Made by a program: the position numbers and the translations under genes. 34,147 nucleotides of DNA from a virus. Position 1 is the first letter of the stretch. Every line of letters begins with the position of its first letter. This document shows, in pieces, positions 1 through 7,066 of the stretch. A model generated the notes under the pieces. That model was not told the DNA's origin. It saw only the letters and a list, made by a program, of their open reading frames with translations, and searched no databases. The stretch lies in IMG/VR virus record IMGVR_UViG_3300017764_000033; one strand, 5' to 3'.

Positions 1-123
1 ATTGAAATACAGCGTATCTCCATCTTGAAACACCTCAACCAATGACGTAGGGTCATTCGTATACCCAAAGTCAAGCCCGTAGCTTATCAGCTTGGCATGA
101 GGTGGCACTTTCATTATTGTGTC
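1..123. repeat. Terminal direct repeat, copy 1. It is identical to 34025..34147 and is most likely the assembly overlap of a circular or circularly permuted genome.
   Basis: Base-by-base comparison: attgaaatacagcgtatctcc...cattattgtgtc occurs at both window ends, 123/123 identical. The repeat lies inside the terL coding frame. Confidence 0.95.
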
Positions 124-774
124 GAATCTGAATATCACAGCTTTGTTCTGCGCTCTCTTACCTTCTCCGTATACACGCCAATACGTCTCATCAATATCCT
201 TGAGTCTCTCGATCTCAGCAACAAGGCTTTTGTCAAGGAACGGATTATCTCTATATGTCGTTATGTGGAAATCACAATCGTCCCTACCGACTACTTGATC
301 ATATAGCCAATGGAACTCGTCAGAAGGGTTGTAATCAACTATCACCCTCTCAATGGTACGGATGTTCAACTGAAAGAAATCCTCGTATCTAAGCTCATTA
401 CCTTCGTTTATGAATAACAGGTGTCTCTTACGACCTCTAATCTTCTGCGGCTCATCTAAACTCACGAACTCTACGAGATTACCATTCAGCCTGTACTCAT
501 TCGTACTCTTGCTGTGGTTTATCTCGCTATACATGTTGTACTTGTTCAGCAACTCAAAGAAATCCCTCATAGCTGATCCTCTTAACGAAGGGCCATGCTT
601 ACGACATATGGTAACGATCTTGTTGTTGTTGCTCATGCAATACTTGAAAATGATCCATATCAAGATATTGTACGTCTTACCCGAACGTGTACCTCCTTGC
701 TCCACAATGAACCTCTTATCACTAAGGTCAATATGATCAAAAACTACATTCGTTTGTAAAGCTATCTCAGCCAT
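1..774 (-). CDS. terL: Terminase large subunit, N-terminal ATPase part. The gene wraps the circular junction and continues at 33632..34147.
   Basis: Minus-strand frame is open from ATG 774..772 to the window edge (258 complete codons). It is absent from the ORF track because it runs off the edge. My translation is MAEIALQTNVVFDHIDLSDKRFIVEQGGTRSGKTYNIL... It has Walker A GGTRSGKT (673..696) and Walker-B-like HLLFINEG. It looks PBSX/XtmB-type (Terminase_3-like) by recall. The frame is continuous through the 123-nt overlap. Confidence 0.9.
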   Translation of the reverse strand, partial: MAEIALQTNVVFDHIDLSDKRFIVEQGGTRSGKTYNILIWIIFKYCMSNNNKIVTICRKHGPSLRGSAMRDFFELLNKYNMYSEINHSKSTNEYRLNGNLVEFVSLDEPQKIRGRKRHLLFINEGNELRYEDFFQLNIRTIERVIVDYNPSDEFHWLYDQVVGRDDCDFHITTYRDNPFLDKSLVAEIERLKDIDETYWRVYGEGKRAQNKAVIFRFDTIMKVPPHAKLISYGLDFGYTNDPTSLVEVFQDGDTLYFN

Positions 775-1136
775 TATTCTTCTTTACGCAATACCTCTAT
801 CTTAACATCAAGTCCCTTACCATCTGCACCTGTAATTTCAGTACGCTCTACATATCCTCTATGCTTACCCTTAGTCTTGAGCAAAAAGATCACTGAAGTC
901 GGATTCTTGTCATCCACTAATTCATACAGCTTACTCTCCGCAAAGTCCAATACAATGTTCTGCACCTCATCCATTGCATCTGAAAATTCGCTGTCCTCTT
1001 TAGCCCACCTGTATGGTGTCGTGCGATCTATGCCTATGCTCTTACAGGCTTGGCTCACAATACCCATCTTCTTTTCAAGAGCTTCTAAGAACTGCTCTTT
1101 TTTAAGGTGTTGTTTTTGTTGCTTCTTGTCGCTCAT
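774..1136 (-). CDS. terS: Terminase small subunit (HTH type)
   Basis: 120 aa with an N-terminal HTH (GIVSQACKSIGIDRTTPYRWAKED). It sits directly upstream of terL, and its TAA stop overlaps the terL ATG (TAATG at 772..776). Confidence 0.75.
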   Translation of the reverse strand: MSDKKQQKQHLKKEQFLEALEKKMGIVSQACKSIGIDRTTPYRWAKEDSEFSDAMDEVQNIVLDFAESKLYELVDDKNPTSVIFLLKTKGKHRGYVERTEITGADGKGLDVKIEVLRKEE

Positions 1137-1331
1137 CTAAAGGTCGTGTTCTATGTTCTTCCTCTCAATATACCTGCGCCACATATTGGCCGCCCAAGCC
1201 TTTCTCTGAATCTTGTTTGGGTACACCTTTCTTAGTCTCGCATTTGCTATGCGTAGGAACTGCTTCATCTTGTCAGTCATTGCAATCGTGTTTATCATTA
1301 TCATAGTAGGTGTGGCTATTGCAGTATTCAC
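1137..1331 (-). CDS. Hypothetical small basic protein
   Basis: 64-aa ORF that abuts the terS start (1136/1137). The true start may be the internal ATG at 1280 (MTDKMKQF...). Confidence 0.55.
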   Translation of the reverse strand: MNTAIATPTMIMINTIAMTDKMKQFLRIANARLRKVYPNKIQRKAWAANMWRRYIERKNIEHDL

Positions 1332-1358
1332 ATACCCAATACATGCCCTCTTCGTATC

Positions 1359-1877
1359 CTACTTCTTGCCTTGTTTGGGACTTCTCCATGCTTTGCTATA
1401 CTTATGCTCTTTGATATTCAACGCATCGAATACTCCATCCTTGTACAATAGGTCTATCTCATCTTTCGTACAACCTATGCCCTCCATAATCTGCTGTCTG
1501 CTGTAATCGTGATCATCAATAAGGCTCTTCACTATGTCATGCATCTTGATTGCCACGTGATTACCCTTAGCTCTATTGATCCTAATTGTCAATAGCATTC
1601 GTTCGGGTTCAGTCAGATCCATCATAACTACAGGACATTTACCATCGTACTTCTCCTGTAGCAGTTTGCTGTTCTTGCTCAAAAAACTCCTGTGATACCC
1701 ATCGATAATCATGAGGTTCTTGTCTACGAGTACAGGTTGTATCCACCCGTTCTTCATAATACTGAACTCAAGAAGTTTTAGTTCTTGGTTCAGCACTACG
1801 TTCGGATTGTACTCGTTAGCGTTTAGATCATGAGCGTTTACCCATTGCACTTGGCTGATCGGATCGTCTTTATACAT
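1359..1877 (-). CDS. ParB-like nuclease-domain protein (IbrB/DndB-like)
   Basis: 172 aa. N-terminal ParB-type domain: ...YNPNVVLNQELKLLEFSIMKNGWIQPVLVDKNLMIIDGYHRS, with a DGxHR motif. Its start overlaps the upstream gene's stop by 8 nt. Confidence 0.7.
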   Translation of the reverse strand: MYKDDPISQVQWVNAHDLNANEYNPNVVLNQELKLLEFSIMKNGWIQPVLVDKNLMIIDGYHRSFLSKNSKLLQEKYDGKCPVVMMDLTEPERMLLTIRINRAKGNHVAIKMHDIVKSLIDDHDYSRQQIMEGIGCTKDEIDLLYKDGVFDALNIKEHKYSKAWRSPKQGKK

Positions 1878-2268
1878 TGTGGTCTTTTCTTAGTATTGCA
1901 AAATCGTGTCGATATACAGGAGGCCATTGTCTGCCGTTTTGTACCTGTTGGAAATAGCCTTCTACGGCTTTGGGGTTTCTGCGTTTGCTGTGGTGCATCA
2001 TGTGGCATCTCCAACACAATGGTTCGAGTACGCTTTTGAGCTTTTCTATTTCATGGGGTTCGATGCTGATCGGGAATCGATTGAACACATCTTCTAACGT
2101 GTAAAATGTAACATCGTAGTCTTCATTATGCGTATGGATTATGCCTTCAGTCTGACCACACCTGTTGCATTGCTTTGGGTACTTGATCCAACCCATCTTT
2201 TGTGCGCGTTGCGTGTGCTTTAAGGATGCCTTACGGAATTCTGCTGACCACTTTTTGTAACTTTTCAT
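1870..2268 (-). CDS. HNH-type zinc-finger protein (putative endonuclease)
   Basis: 132 aa with the pattern CNRCG...IIHTHNEDYD...LCWRCHMMHH. That is a CxxC ... H/N core ... CxxCHxxxH arrangement, typical of HNH nucleases. Confidence 0.5.
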   Translation of the reverse strand: MKSYKKWSAEFRKASLKHTQRAQKMGWIKYPKQCNRCGQTEGIIHTHNEDYDVTFYTLEDVFNRFPISIEPHEIEKLKSVLEPLCWRCHMMHHSKRRNPKAVEGYFQQVQNGRQWPPVYRHDFAILRKDHNV

Positions 2269-2277
2269 GCTGTTTTA

Positions 2278-2306
2278 CTTTTTGATTATGGATTATACTT
2301 AACATA
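2278..2306 (-). promoter_or_regulatory. Internal promoter-like / leader element upstream of the HNH-like gene
   Basis: The minus strand reads TATGTTAAGTATAATCCATAATCAAAAAG. It shares the TTAAGTATAAT and AATCAAAAAG blocks with the intergenic promoter cassettes, and it overlaps the 3' end of the GNAT gene. Confidence 0.35.
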
Positions 2307-2732
2307 TGTGATGCCATTACGATTGACTCCCCTTTCCAAGAAGTTTTCTTTTAGGTATTTCGGTAGCGACATCTCAGTGCAGTAAGCCGATATCGTATGT
2401 ACATCATATTCCTTAAAGATAAGGTTTATTCTATAGTCCCAAAGTGCTGAATATAAACCTTTTCCACGAAAATTCTCTCTAACGTAGTCGGTCTTGAAAC
2501 GTATGTGCCCTTCTTTGATCTCTTGCCACCCTACTACTGCAACAGGATGGATTCCATTCATCACACAGGCATAATGTGTCTTTGGATCTTGTTTCTTAAT
2601 TGCTACTCGCTCCTTGACTAATTCTCTACGGAATCTCCCGTATACCTCATCATGATCTATTCGATATATCTTCATACTCATAGTATTTCTCGTGTCTATC
2701 AGGTGTCGGTACAATTGATCTCTTGTAACCAC
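2286..2732 (-). CDS. GNAT-family N-acetyltransferase-like protein
   Basis: Acetyl-CoA motif-A-like RGKGLYSAL, followed by a beta-strand-rich C-terminus. The start is probably the ATG at 2675 (MKIYRIDHDE...), which cuts the overlap with the upstream gene from 83 nt to 26 nt. Confidence 0.6.
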   Translation of the reverse strand: MVTRDQLYRHLIDTRNTMSMKIYRIDHDEVYGRFRRELVKERVAIKKQDPKTHYACVMNGIHPVAVVGWQEIKEGHIRFKTDYVRENFRGKGLYSALWDYRINLIFKEYDVHTISAYCTEMSLPKYLKENFLERGVNRNGITYVKYNP

Positions 2733-3777
2733 CGCCTATAATCTTGCCAAAAACGTACAATGCAGGGAATCCTGCTAACGGGTCATCGGGTTTTGCATTC
2801 TTGGCACGGCTCTTTCTCACCTGTGCTACTTTTTGCATGGCTTGGTTGTACTGATACTCATCCGTTATGTTCTCTTTTATGTACAGGTATATTGCTCCCC
2901 ACGCATCTCCTGCCTTCTCCTTGTACTCGTATGCAATCTTATCAGTCTTTCCCTTTACCATGTCCTTATAGTATCTCGCCTGTACGTCAACTTCGGGAAA
3001 TACCTCCATGATCTGATTGTACAACACAGGATCATTGGTCTTGAGCTTATGCAACTGCTTGGCCGCCTCTGCGTGAATAGCTGAAGCTACTCGTAACGGA
3101 TCTTTATTGAACACTTGGTTGTCATATACCTTGCAATACTCTATATCCTTATCGTAGAAATACTTGAACACGTCCTTCTCACTCCAATCGTACACAGGTT
3201 TGAACATAGATACGTTCTTGACAAGTGGACTCTTCGTTAGATATGGTATTGTACTTGCCGTGATTCCTTGAAATCTCAACAGGCTCTCTTGCGCTCGTAT
3301 TCCAATACACAATGCAATCCTCTTGCGCTTATTCTTAAAGAAGTATTTCTCAAATTCCTCTTGCTTCATCACACCCTTCATAGTCTCAGCTACATCGGGT
3401 TTCGGAACGATCCAATTACCCTTGCGTTTCTCGTCCCATTGAACGTACTTACGCTTCTCTCCCAATATGTAGATCTCAGATTGCAATGGCGTGGCCAAGT
3501 ACACAAAATTGTATCTCGGATCATCATATTGCGATAATACAAAATCACGTATTGCGCCATTTATGACCTCTTCATCTCTGAAGATTACGTTTATCTTGTC
3601 TTTGTATCCCTTCATGTCAAGGTACTCTTCCATCAGCTTTAAGCAGACCAGGCTATCCTTTCCTCCACTATAACTAACCCATACCTCATCATGTGAATTG
3701 TAAACCCTATCGATGCGATCTAATGCCGCTTCGTAGACGTTCCTATCCTCATATATCAGATCCTCTTTTCGTGCCAT
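2650..3777 (-). CDS. PP-loop ATP pyrophosphatase, PAPS-reductase-like (IbrA/DndC-like)
   Basis: 375 aa. The PP-loop SGGKDS is encoded at 3652..3669 (checked codon by codon). A long C-terminal extension follows, as in DUF3440-type PAPS-reductase-like proteins (recall). Confidence 0.8.
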   Translation of the reverse strand: MARKEDLIYEDRNVYEAALDRIDRVYNSHDEVWVSYSGGKDSLVCLKLMEEYLDMKGYKDKINVIFRDEEVINGAIRDFVLSQYDDPRYNFVYLATPLQSEIYILGEKRKYVQWDEKRKGNWIVPKPDVAETMKGVMKQEEFEKYFFKNKRKRIALCIGIRAQESLLRFQGITASTIPYLTKSPLVKNVSMFKPVYDWSEKDVFKYFYDKDIEYCKVYDNQVFNKDPLRVASAIHAEAAKQLHKLKTNDPVLYNQIMEVFPEVDVQARYYKDMVKGKTDKIAYEYKEKAGDAWGAIYLYIKENITDEYQYNQAMQKVAQVRKSRAKNAKPDDPLAGFPALYVFGKIIGGGYKRSIVPTPDRHEKYYEYEDISNRS

Positions 3778-4430
3778 TACTCCTCGTCTATGTCGTATTC
3801 AATGAACTTGAGTATCAATTCACTCTCCTTCATGTTGTTATCGTTATACACCTCAGCTACATACGCAAGAACACGTTGGCTCACATTGTCATAGTCCTCG
3901 AATTTGTTTTTCAACTTACGCAAGAAGGAGTACCATACATCCATCTGCGCTTCATTGGCAAAGTAGATCGTGTAGTCATTAAACTTCGTGGTATCTAATG
4001 CCTCATCCATTGTCTCATCATCACCCTCTACGTTGAACATACTCGGATCCATGTCGAGTGCCCATTCATCTAACTGATACGCATCGAACTGATTGGCCAA
4101 CATCTCCCAATCCCACTTACCATACGCAATGTTGTCTTTGACTATGAACTCTTGCTTCTGCTTCTCCGTGAGATCCAACACACGCATAACAGGTACACGC
4201 TCTAACCCTGCTTCGAGACAGGCACGATATCTCATGTTTCCCCCAAGAACAACCATATCTTCATCCACCACAATAGGGCGAATATCAAGCATCTTAGGAA
4301 ACTTCTTAATGCTTTGTACCAACTTGCGGAACTTAACGTCCTCAATGTATCTTGGATTGACATCATTCAGCTTTATGTCTTTTACCTCCATGTAGATCGG
4401 CTCATACCGACCTGTTTCTCTATTCTCCAT
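3777..4430 (-). CDS. ParB N-terminal-domain protein (stand-alone, no fused methyltransferase)
   Basis: 217 aa with ...KLNDVNPRYI...IRPIVVDEDMVVLGGNMRYRACLEAGLERVPV..., a classical ParB box (GxxRxxA). Its stop overlaps the downstream ATG (TAATG at 3775..3779). Confidence 0.75.
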   Translation of the reverse strand: MENRETGRYEPIYMEVKDIKLNDVNPRYIEDVKFRKLVQSIKKFPKMLDIRPIVVDEDMVVLGGNMRYRACLEAGLERVPVMRVLDLTEKQKQEFIVKDNIAYGKWDWEMLANQFDAYQLDEWALDMDPSMFNVEGDDETMDEALDTTKFNDYTIYFANEAQMDVWYSFLRKLKNKFEDYDNVSQRVLAYVAEVYNDNNMKESELILKFIEYDIDEE

Positions 4431-4878
4431 ACGTCTTGTACACTTCGTTTACGTCATCTATCATTTTTTGCCATTTAGCAGGTGTACACTTGCAAGGCGT
4501 ATACAACTCATGATTGAAAATCCTGCTGTGCATATGCGCCACCTTCTGAGCTTCTGCATTCGTCATAAACTCTACATCACCTGCTTGAAATCCTGTCCAC
4601 CAAGTGTGCTCTTCCTCAGACATACAATTTGGATCTGATCCTTTGAACGGAATCAAGCGATTCAGAAGCTCTTTACGCTCATCACACCCACAATCTTCTC
4701 CTGCTATAAACTTGACAACAGCTTTGATACCTGTGGCCTCAGTAACACGCTCCACCGCATCACCTAACCCTTTCATGGGCTTTTTCTTAGATGTTTTTTT
4801 CTTTCCTGTACTCATTATACTCTTTTTTACATTCGTCTTTAATCTGATTACGAGTCTTTGCAAGGGTATGCTGTACAC
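4420..4878 (-). CDS. Hypothetical Cys-rich protein downstream of the sigma factor
   Basis: ORF whose likely ATG is at 4815 (MSTGKKKTSKKK...). It has a Lys-rich N-terminus and cysteines at CGCDE, NC and CKC. It overlaps both neighbouring genes. Confidence 0.6.
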   Translation of the reverse strand: MYSIPLQRLVIRLKTNVKKSIMSTGKKKTSKKKPMKGLGDAVERVTEATGIKAVVKFIAGEDCGCDERKELLNRLIPFKGSDPNCMSEEEHTWWTGFQAGDVEFMTNAEAQKVAHMHSRIFNHELYTPCKCTPAKWQKMIDDVNEVYKTYGE

Positions 4879-5302
4879 TTCGTGCGCTGATCCTTGTCGC
4901 TTTGCTTAGACTCCGTATACTATGATTCTCATCTACATAGGTCTTTAGCAATTTGCTGTTATACCAATGCATATTACCCATCATGGTTTCCACTTTGCTC
5001 ATTAGCACCTCGAACTTCTCTTCCATTAGTTCTGAATTGGAATCTGCTGTATCGCTCTCCATGTACTCAACCGATCTTGGTTTTCTCCTGTACATTGAGT
5101 GCATATTACTCAATACCGCAAAAATATAGCCTTTGTTTAGCTTGTCGTTCTGATACAAACGATCAAGACTGCCTTCTTTCTCTTCGATTATTAGCAGTTT
5201 TAGATACATATCCTGTACAAGATCATCTACAAGGTGCGATGGGCATCCAACGTACTTTGCAATCTTAATCCATTCCTTGTGCAGTGCGAATATCTCTTCC
5301 AT
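4787..5302 (-). CDS. Sigma-70 family (ECF-like) RNA polymerase sigma factor
   Basis: 171 aa. Region-2-like VDDLVQDMYLKLL...YIFAVLSNMHSMYRRK. Region-4 HTH-like HSIRSLSKATRISARSVQHTLAKTRNQIK. Confidence 0.7.
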   Translation of the reverse strand: MEEIFALHKEWIKIAKYVGCPSHLVDDLVQDMYLKLLIIEEKEGSLDRLYQNDKLNKGYIFAVLSNMHSMYRRKPRSVEYMESDTADSNSELMEEKFEVLMSKVETMMGNMHWYNSKLLKTYVDENHSIRSLSKATRISARSVQHTLAKTRNQIKDECKKEYNEYRKEKNI

Positions 5303-5306
5303 TAGG

Positions 5307-5324
5307 TTTTTACAATATACAAAA
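5307..5324 (-). promoter_or_regulatory. Short-form promoter/operator element upstream of the sigma-factor gene
   Basis: The minus strand reads CTTTTGTATATTGTAAAA, 5 nt before the ATG at 5302. The same core, TTTGTAyATTGTAAAA, occurs at 11125..11143. Confidence 0.45.
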
Positions 5325-5338
5325 GTTTAGCATACTGC

Positions 5339-5692
5339 CTACTTTACTGCCAAGTAGTACCTAACACGTTCTTCAAAGTCCTCAAATGATCTTGATACAA
5401 TGTACTTATACCCTTGATCCACCACATGCTTCTCAAATCTGATCTGATTATCAGTTTGCTTTCCCTTGCCCCACTTCATCTCTATGCACAATCCGTGATA
5501 GTCTTTATTCGGAACCAACAGGATGAGATCTGACACTCCTGCAACTACACCTTCTGCTTTTAGCTTTCGTGCTGTTGCAATATGCCTCTTTCCACCATTG
5601 GGTACTGAAAACAACAAGTCCCCATATTCGGGGAACTCGTATCTAAACCATCTAACACACGCTACTTGTAGCTGACTCTCAAGGCTTTTCAT
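5339..5692 (-). CDS. VRR-NUC domain nuclease
   Basis: 117 aa. QVACVRWF..., PNGG, GVSDLILLVP and GLCIEMKWGKGK match the PD-(D/E)xK arrangement of VRR-NUC proteins. Confidence 0.7.
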   Translation of the reverse strand: MKSLESQLQVACVRWFRYEFPEYGDLLFSVPNGGKRHIATARKLKAEGVVAGVSDLILLVPNKDYHGLCIEMKWGKGKQTDNQIRFEKHVVDQGYKYIVSRSFEDFEERVRYYLAVK

Positions 5693-6005
5693 TTTTAATA
5701 TGACTTATGTAATTCTCTTGCCATCGTTCTGCGGCTCTTTGCCTCTTGGCGTACTTCTCTCCTCTTAATTCCTCATTGACCTCTTGTAGCTTTCTTCTGA
5801 TCCGTGTAATCGTATCGGGTGTACTCAATGTACCATCTACATACAAATTCATCAACGTACCTGCTCCAATGCGTGAGTAGTCTAATCCTATCTCCTTCAA
5901 TTCCTGTGCCCAAACAACACAGGTAAGTCTTGCATCATTATCACGCAAGTGAACTGCTTTTGTCAAGACGTGCTCAACACGATCTCTTAGCTTATTCTTT
6001 TTCAT
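5679..6005 (-). CDS. Hypothetical protein
   Basis: 108-aa ORF that overlaps both neighbouring genes. No motif recognised. Confidence 0.6.
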   Translation of the reverse strand: MKKNKLRDRVEHVLTKAVHLRDNDARLTCVVWAQELKEIGLDYSRIGAGTLMNLYVDGTLSTPDTITRIRRKLQEVNEELRGEKYAKRQRAAERWQENYISHIKNEKP

Positions 6006-6193
6006 ATAAACATATGTTCATCTCCCATAGCCGACATGACTAATAGGACATAATTCTCATCCACAAGATCCTCTCTATCCAACAGGATTCTCGTACATGA
6101 CGAGCATACCTCGCTCTCCATCTTCCACTCAGTTAACGTGAAACTTGTATCACATCTTCTACATTGCTCTCTCATGCTGTTTGTTTTTGCCAT
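6002..6193 (-). CDS. Small zinc-ribbon-like protein
   Basis: 63 aa with CRRC...CSSC (two CxxC pairs). ATGA-type overlap with the downstream gene. Confidence 0.55.
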   Translation of the reverse strand: MAKTNSMREQCRRCDTSFTLTEWKMESEVCSSCTRILLDREDLVDENYVLLVMSAMGDEHMFI

Positions 6194-6366
6194 TCATTAA
6201 ACTCAGTTTGGCATCCTTCATAGTAACCTGCCCATTCTCGACACCGACCACATATTCCTATGTTGTCATTCTCATAGTGCAAATCCCATCCACAACATTC
6301 ACTACCCATATCATATAGATACTCTTGGTACTGATCATGATCCTTAAAGTTTTGGCTTCCATCCAT
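6172..6366 (-). CDS. Small Cys-rich protein
   Basis: 64 aa with CCGW...CGRC...C. It overlaps both neighbouring genes. Confidence 0.5.
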   Translation of the reverse strand: MDGSQNFKDHDQYQEYLYDMGSECCGWDLHYENDNIGICGRCREWAGYYEGCQTEFNEWQKQTA

Positions 6367-7033
6367 CTTCTATCCGCTTTTCAATTAAAAATGCTGTTAC
6401 TAATGCACGTTCGTAGTCATAATTACGATCCTTGCCTTGAAATGATCTGAAGGTCTTTGCATGAAAATCACTTCTTGACTTGACCTCCTCGTGTATATGT
6501 CTTGTCTTGCGCTCTGCATATCTCTTCAATTTTCCTATGATATAATCACGCTTCTCTTCGGTTATCTCTTGAGGACTAACGTATCCTTTCTCTACAACAT
6601 AACCCTGTAATGCTTCCAACTGCACAATGGTCATTCTGAATTTCGGATCTTCTCCAATTATATCTCTATAATAATCCTCTGCCGCATATACTAATGCCTT
6701 ACGATTACCTTCCTCCTGTTTTTGCTTACTTGCCTCTACCTCAGCTACACTGACCACCTTTGCCTCGTAATACCGATTCTTTGATGTCTTCATGTGCGTG
6801 TTCAGTATCCTACTTACGTTCATTGCGTTTACCTCACGGCTCTTAAGGTCAAGTGATCCTTCGCAATACCAATCAAAAGCCTCTCTTAACAGGACTGCAT
6901 AGTAGTTAGCATACTTCTTCTTAATCCAATGTGCTGTAAGTGGCGGATCATCGGGTAATTTCATGCCTGTCAATGAGGCAAGTCGCATCAGCTCTTCGCC
7001 TATCTCGGTCTTGGTCATGTCAGATATCTTCAT
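6344..7033 (-). CDS. Hypothetical protein in the replication-region context
   Basis: 229-aa ORF preceded by a promoter-like element. No motif recognised. Confidence 0.65.
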   Translation of the reverse strand: MKISDMTKTEIGEELMRLASLTGMKLPDDPPLTAHWIKKKYANYYAVLLREAFDWYCEGSLDLKSREVNAMNVSRILNTHMKTSKNRYYEAKVVSVAEVEASKQKQEEGNRKALVYAAEDYYRDIIGEDPKFRMTIVQLEALQGYVVEKGYVSPQEITEEKRDYIIGKLKRYAERKTRHIHEEVKSRSDFHAKTFRSFQGKDRNYDYERALVTAFLIEKRIEDGWKPKL

Positions 7034-7044
7034 GTTCAGTGCTT

Positions 7045-7060
7045 TTTGTAAATATACAAA
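7045..7060 (-). promoter_or_regulatory. Short-form promoter/operator palindrome TTTGTATATTTACAAA
   Basis: A perfect 16-nt palindrome, 11 nt upstream of the ATG at 7033. An identical 16-mer occurs at 20167..20183. Confidence 0.5.
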
Positions 7061-7066
7061 TAAAAT

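Noticed and set aside
1-123. The terminal repeat as a biological DTR, LTR or insertion-sequence end
   Set aside because: It lies in the middle of the terL reading frame and restores a single intact gene when the ends are joined. An assembly overlap of a circular or permuted genome is the simpler explanation.
97-736. Plus-strand ORFs 97..306 and 410..736
   Set aside because: They lie antisense to the terL N-terminal coding region, which has a clear Walker A/B. Their products are low-complexity, Leu/Ser-rich shadow ORFs.
2650-2732. The 83-nt overlap between the PAPS-reductase-like and GNAT ORFs as a possible frameshift or fusion site
   Set aside because: There is no slippery sequence. An in-frame ATG at 2675 gives a normal GNAT start with only a 26-nt overlap, and both proteins look complete.
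7045-7060. The perfect 16-nt palindromes (also at 20167..20183) as transposon inverted repeats or an att site
   Set aside because: The copies are not arranged as flanking inverted ends of a unit. They always sit just upstream of start codons, so a promoter/operator role fits better. No integrase or transposase is present.
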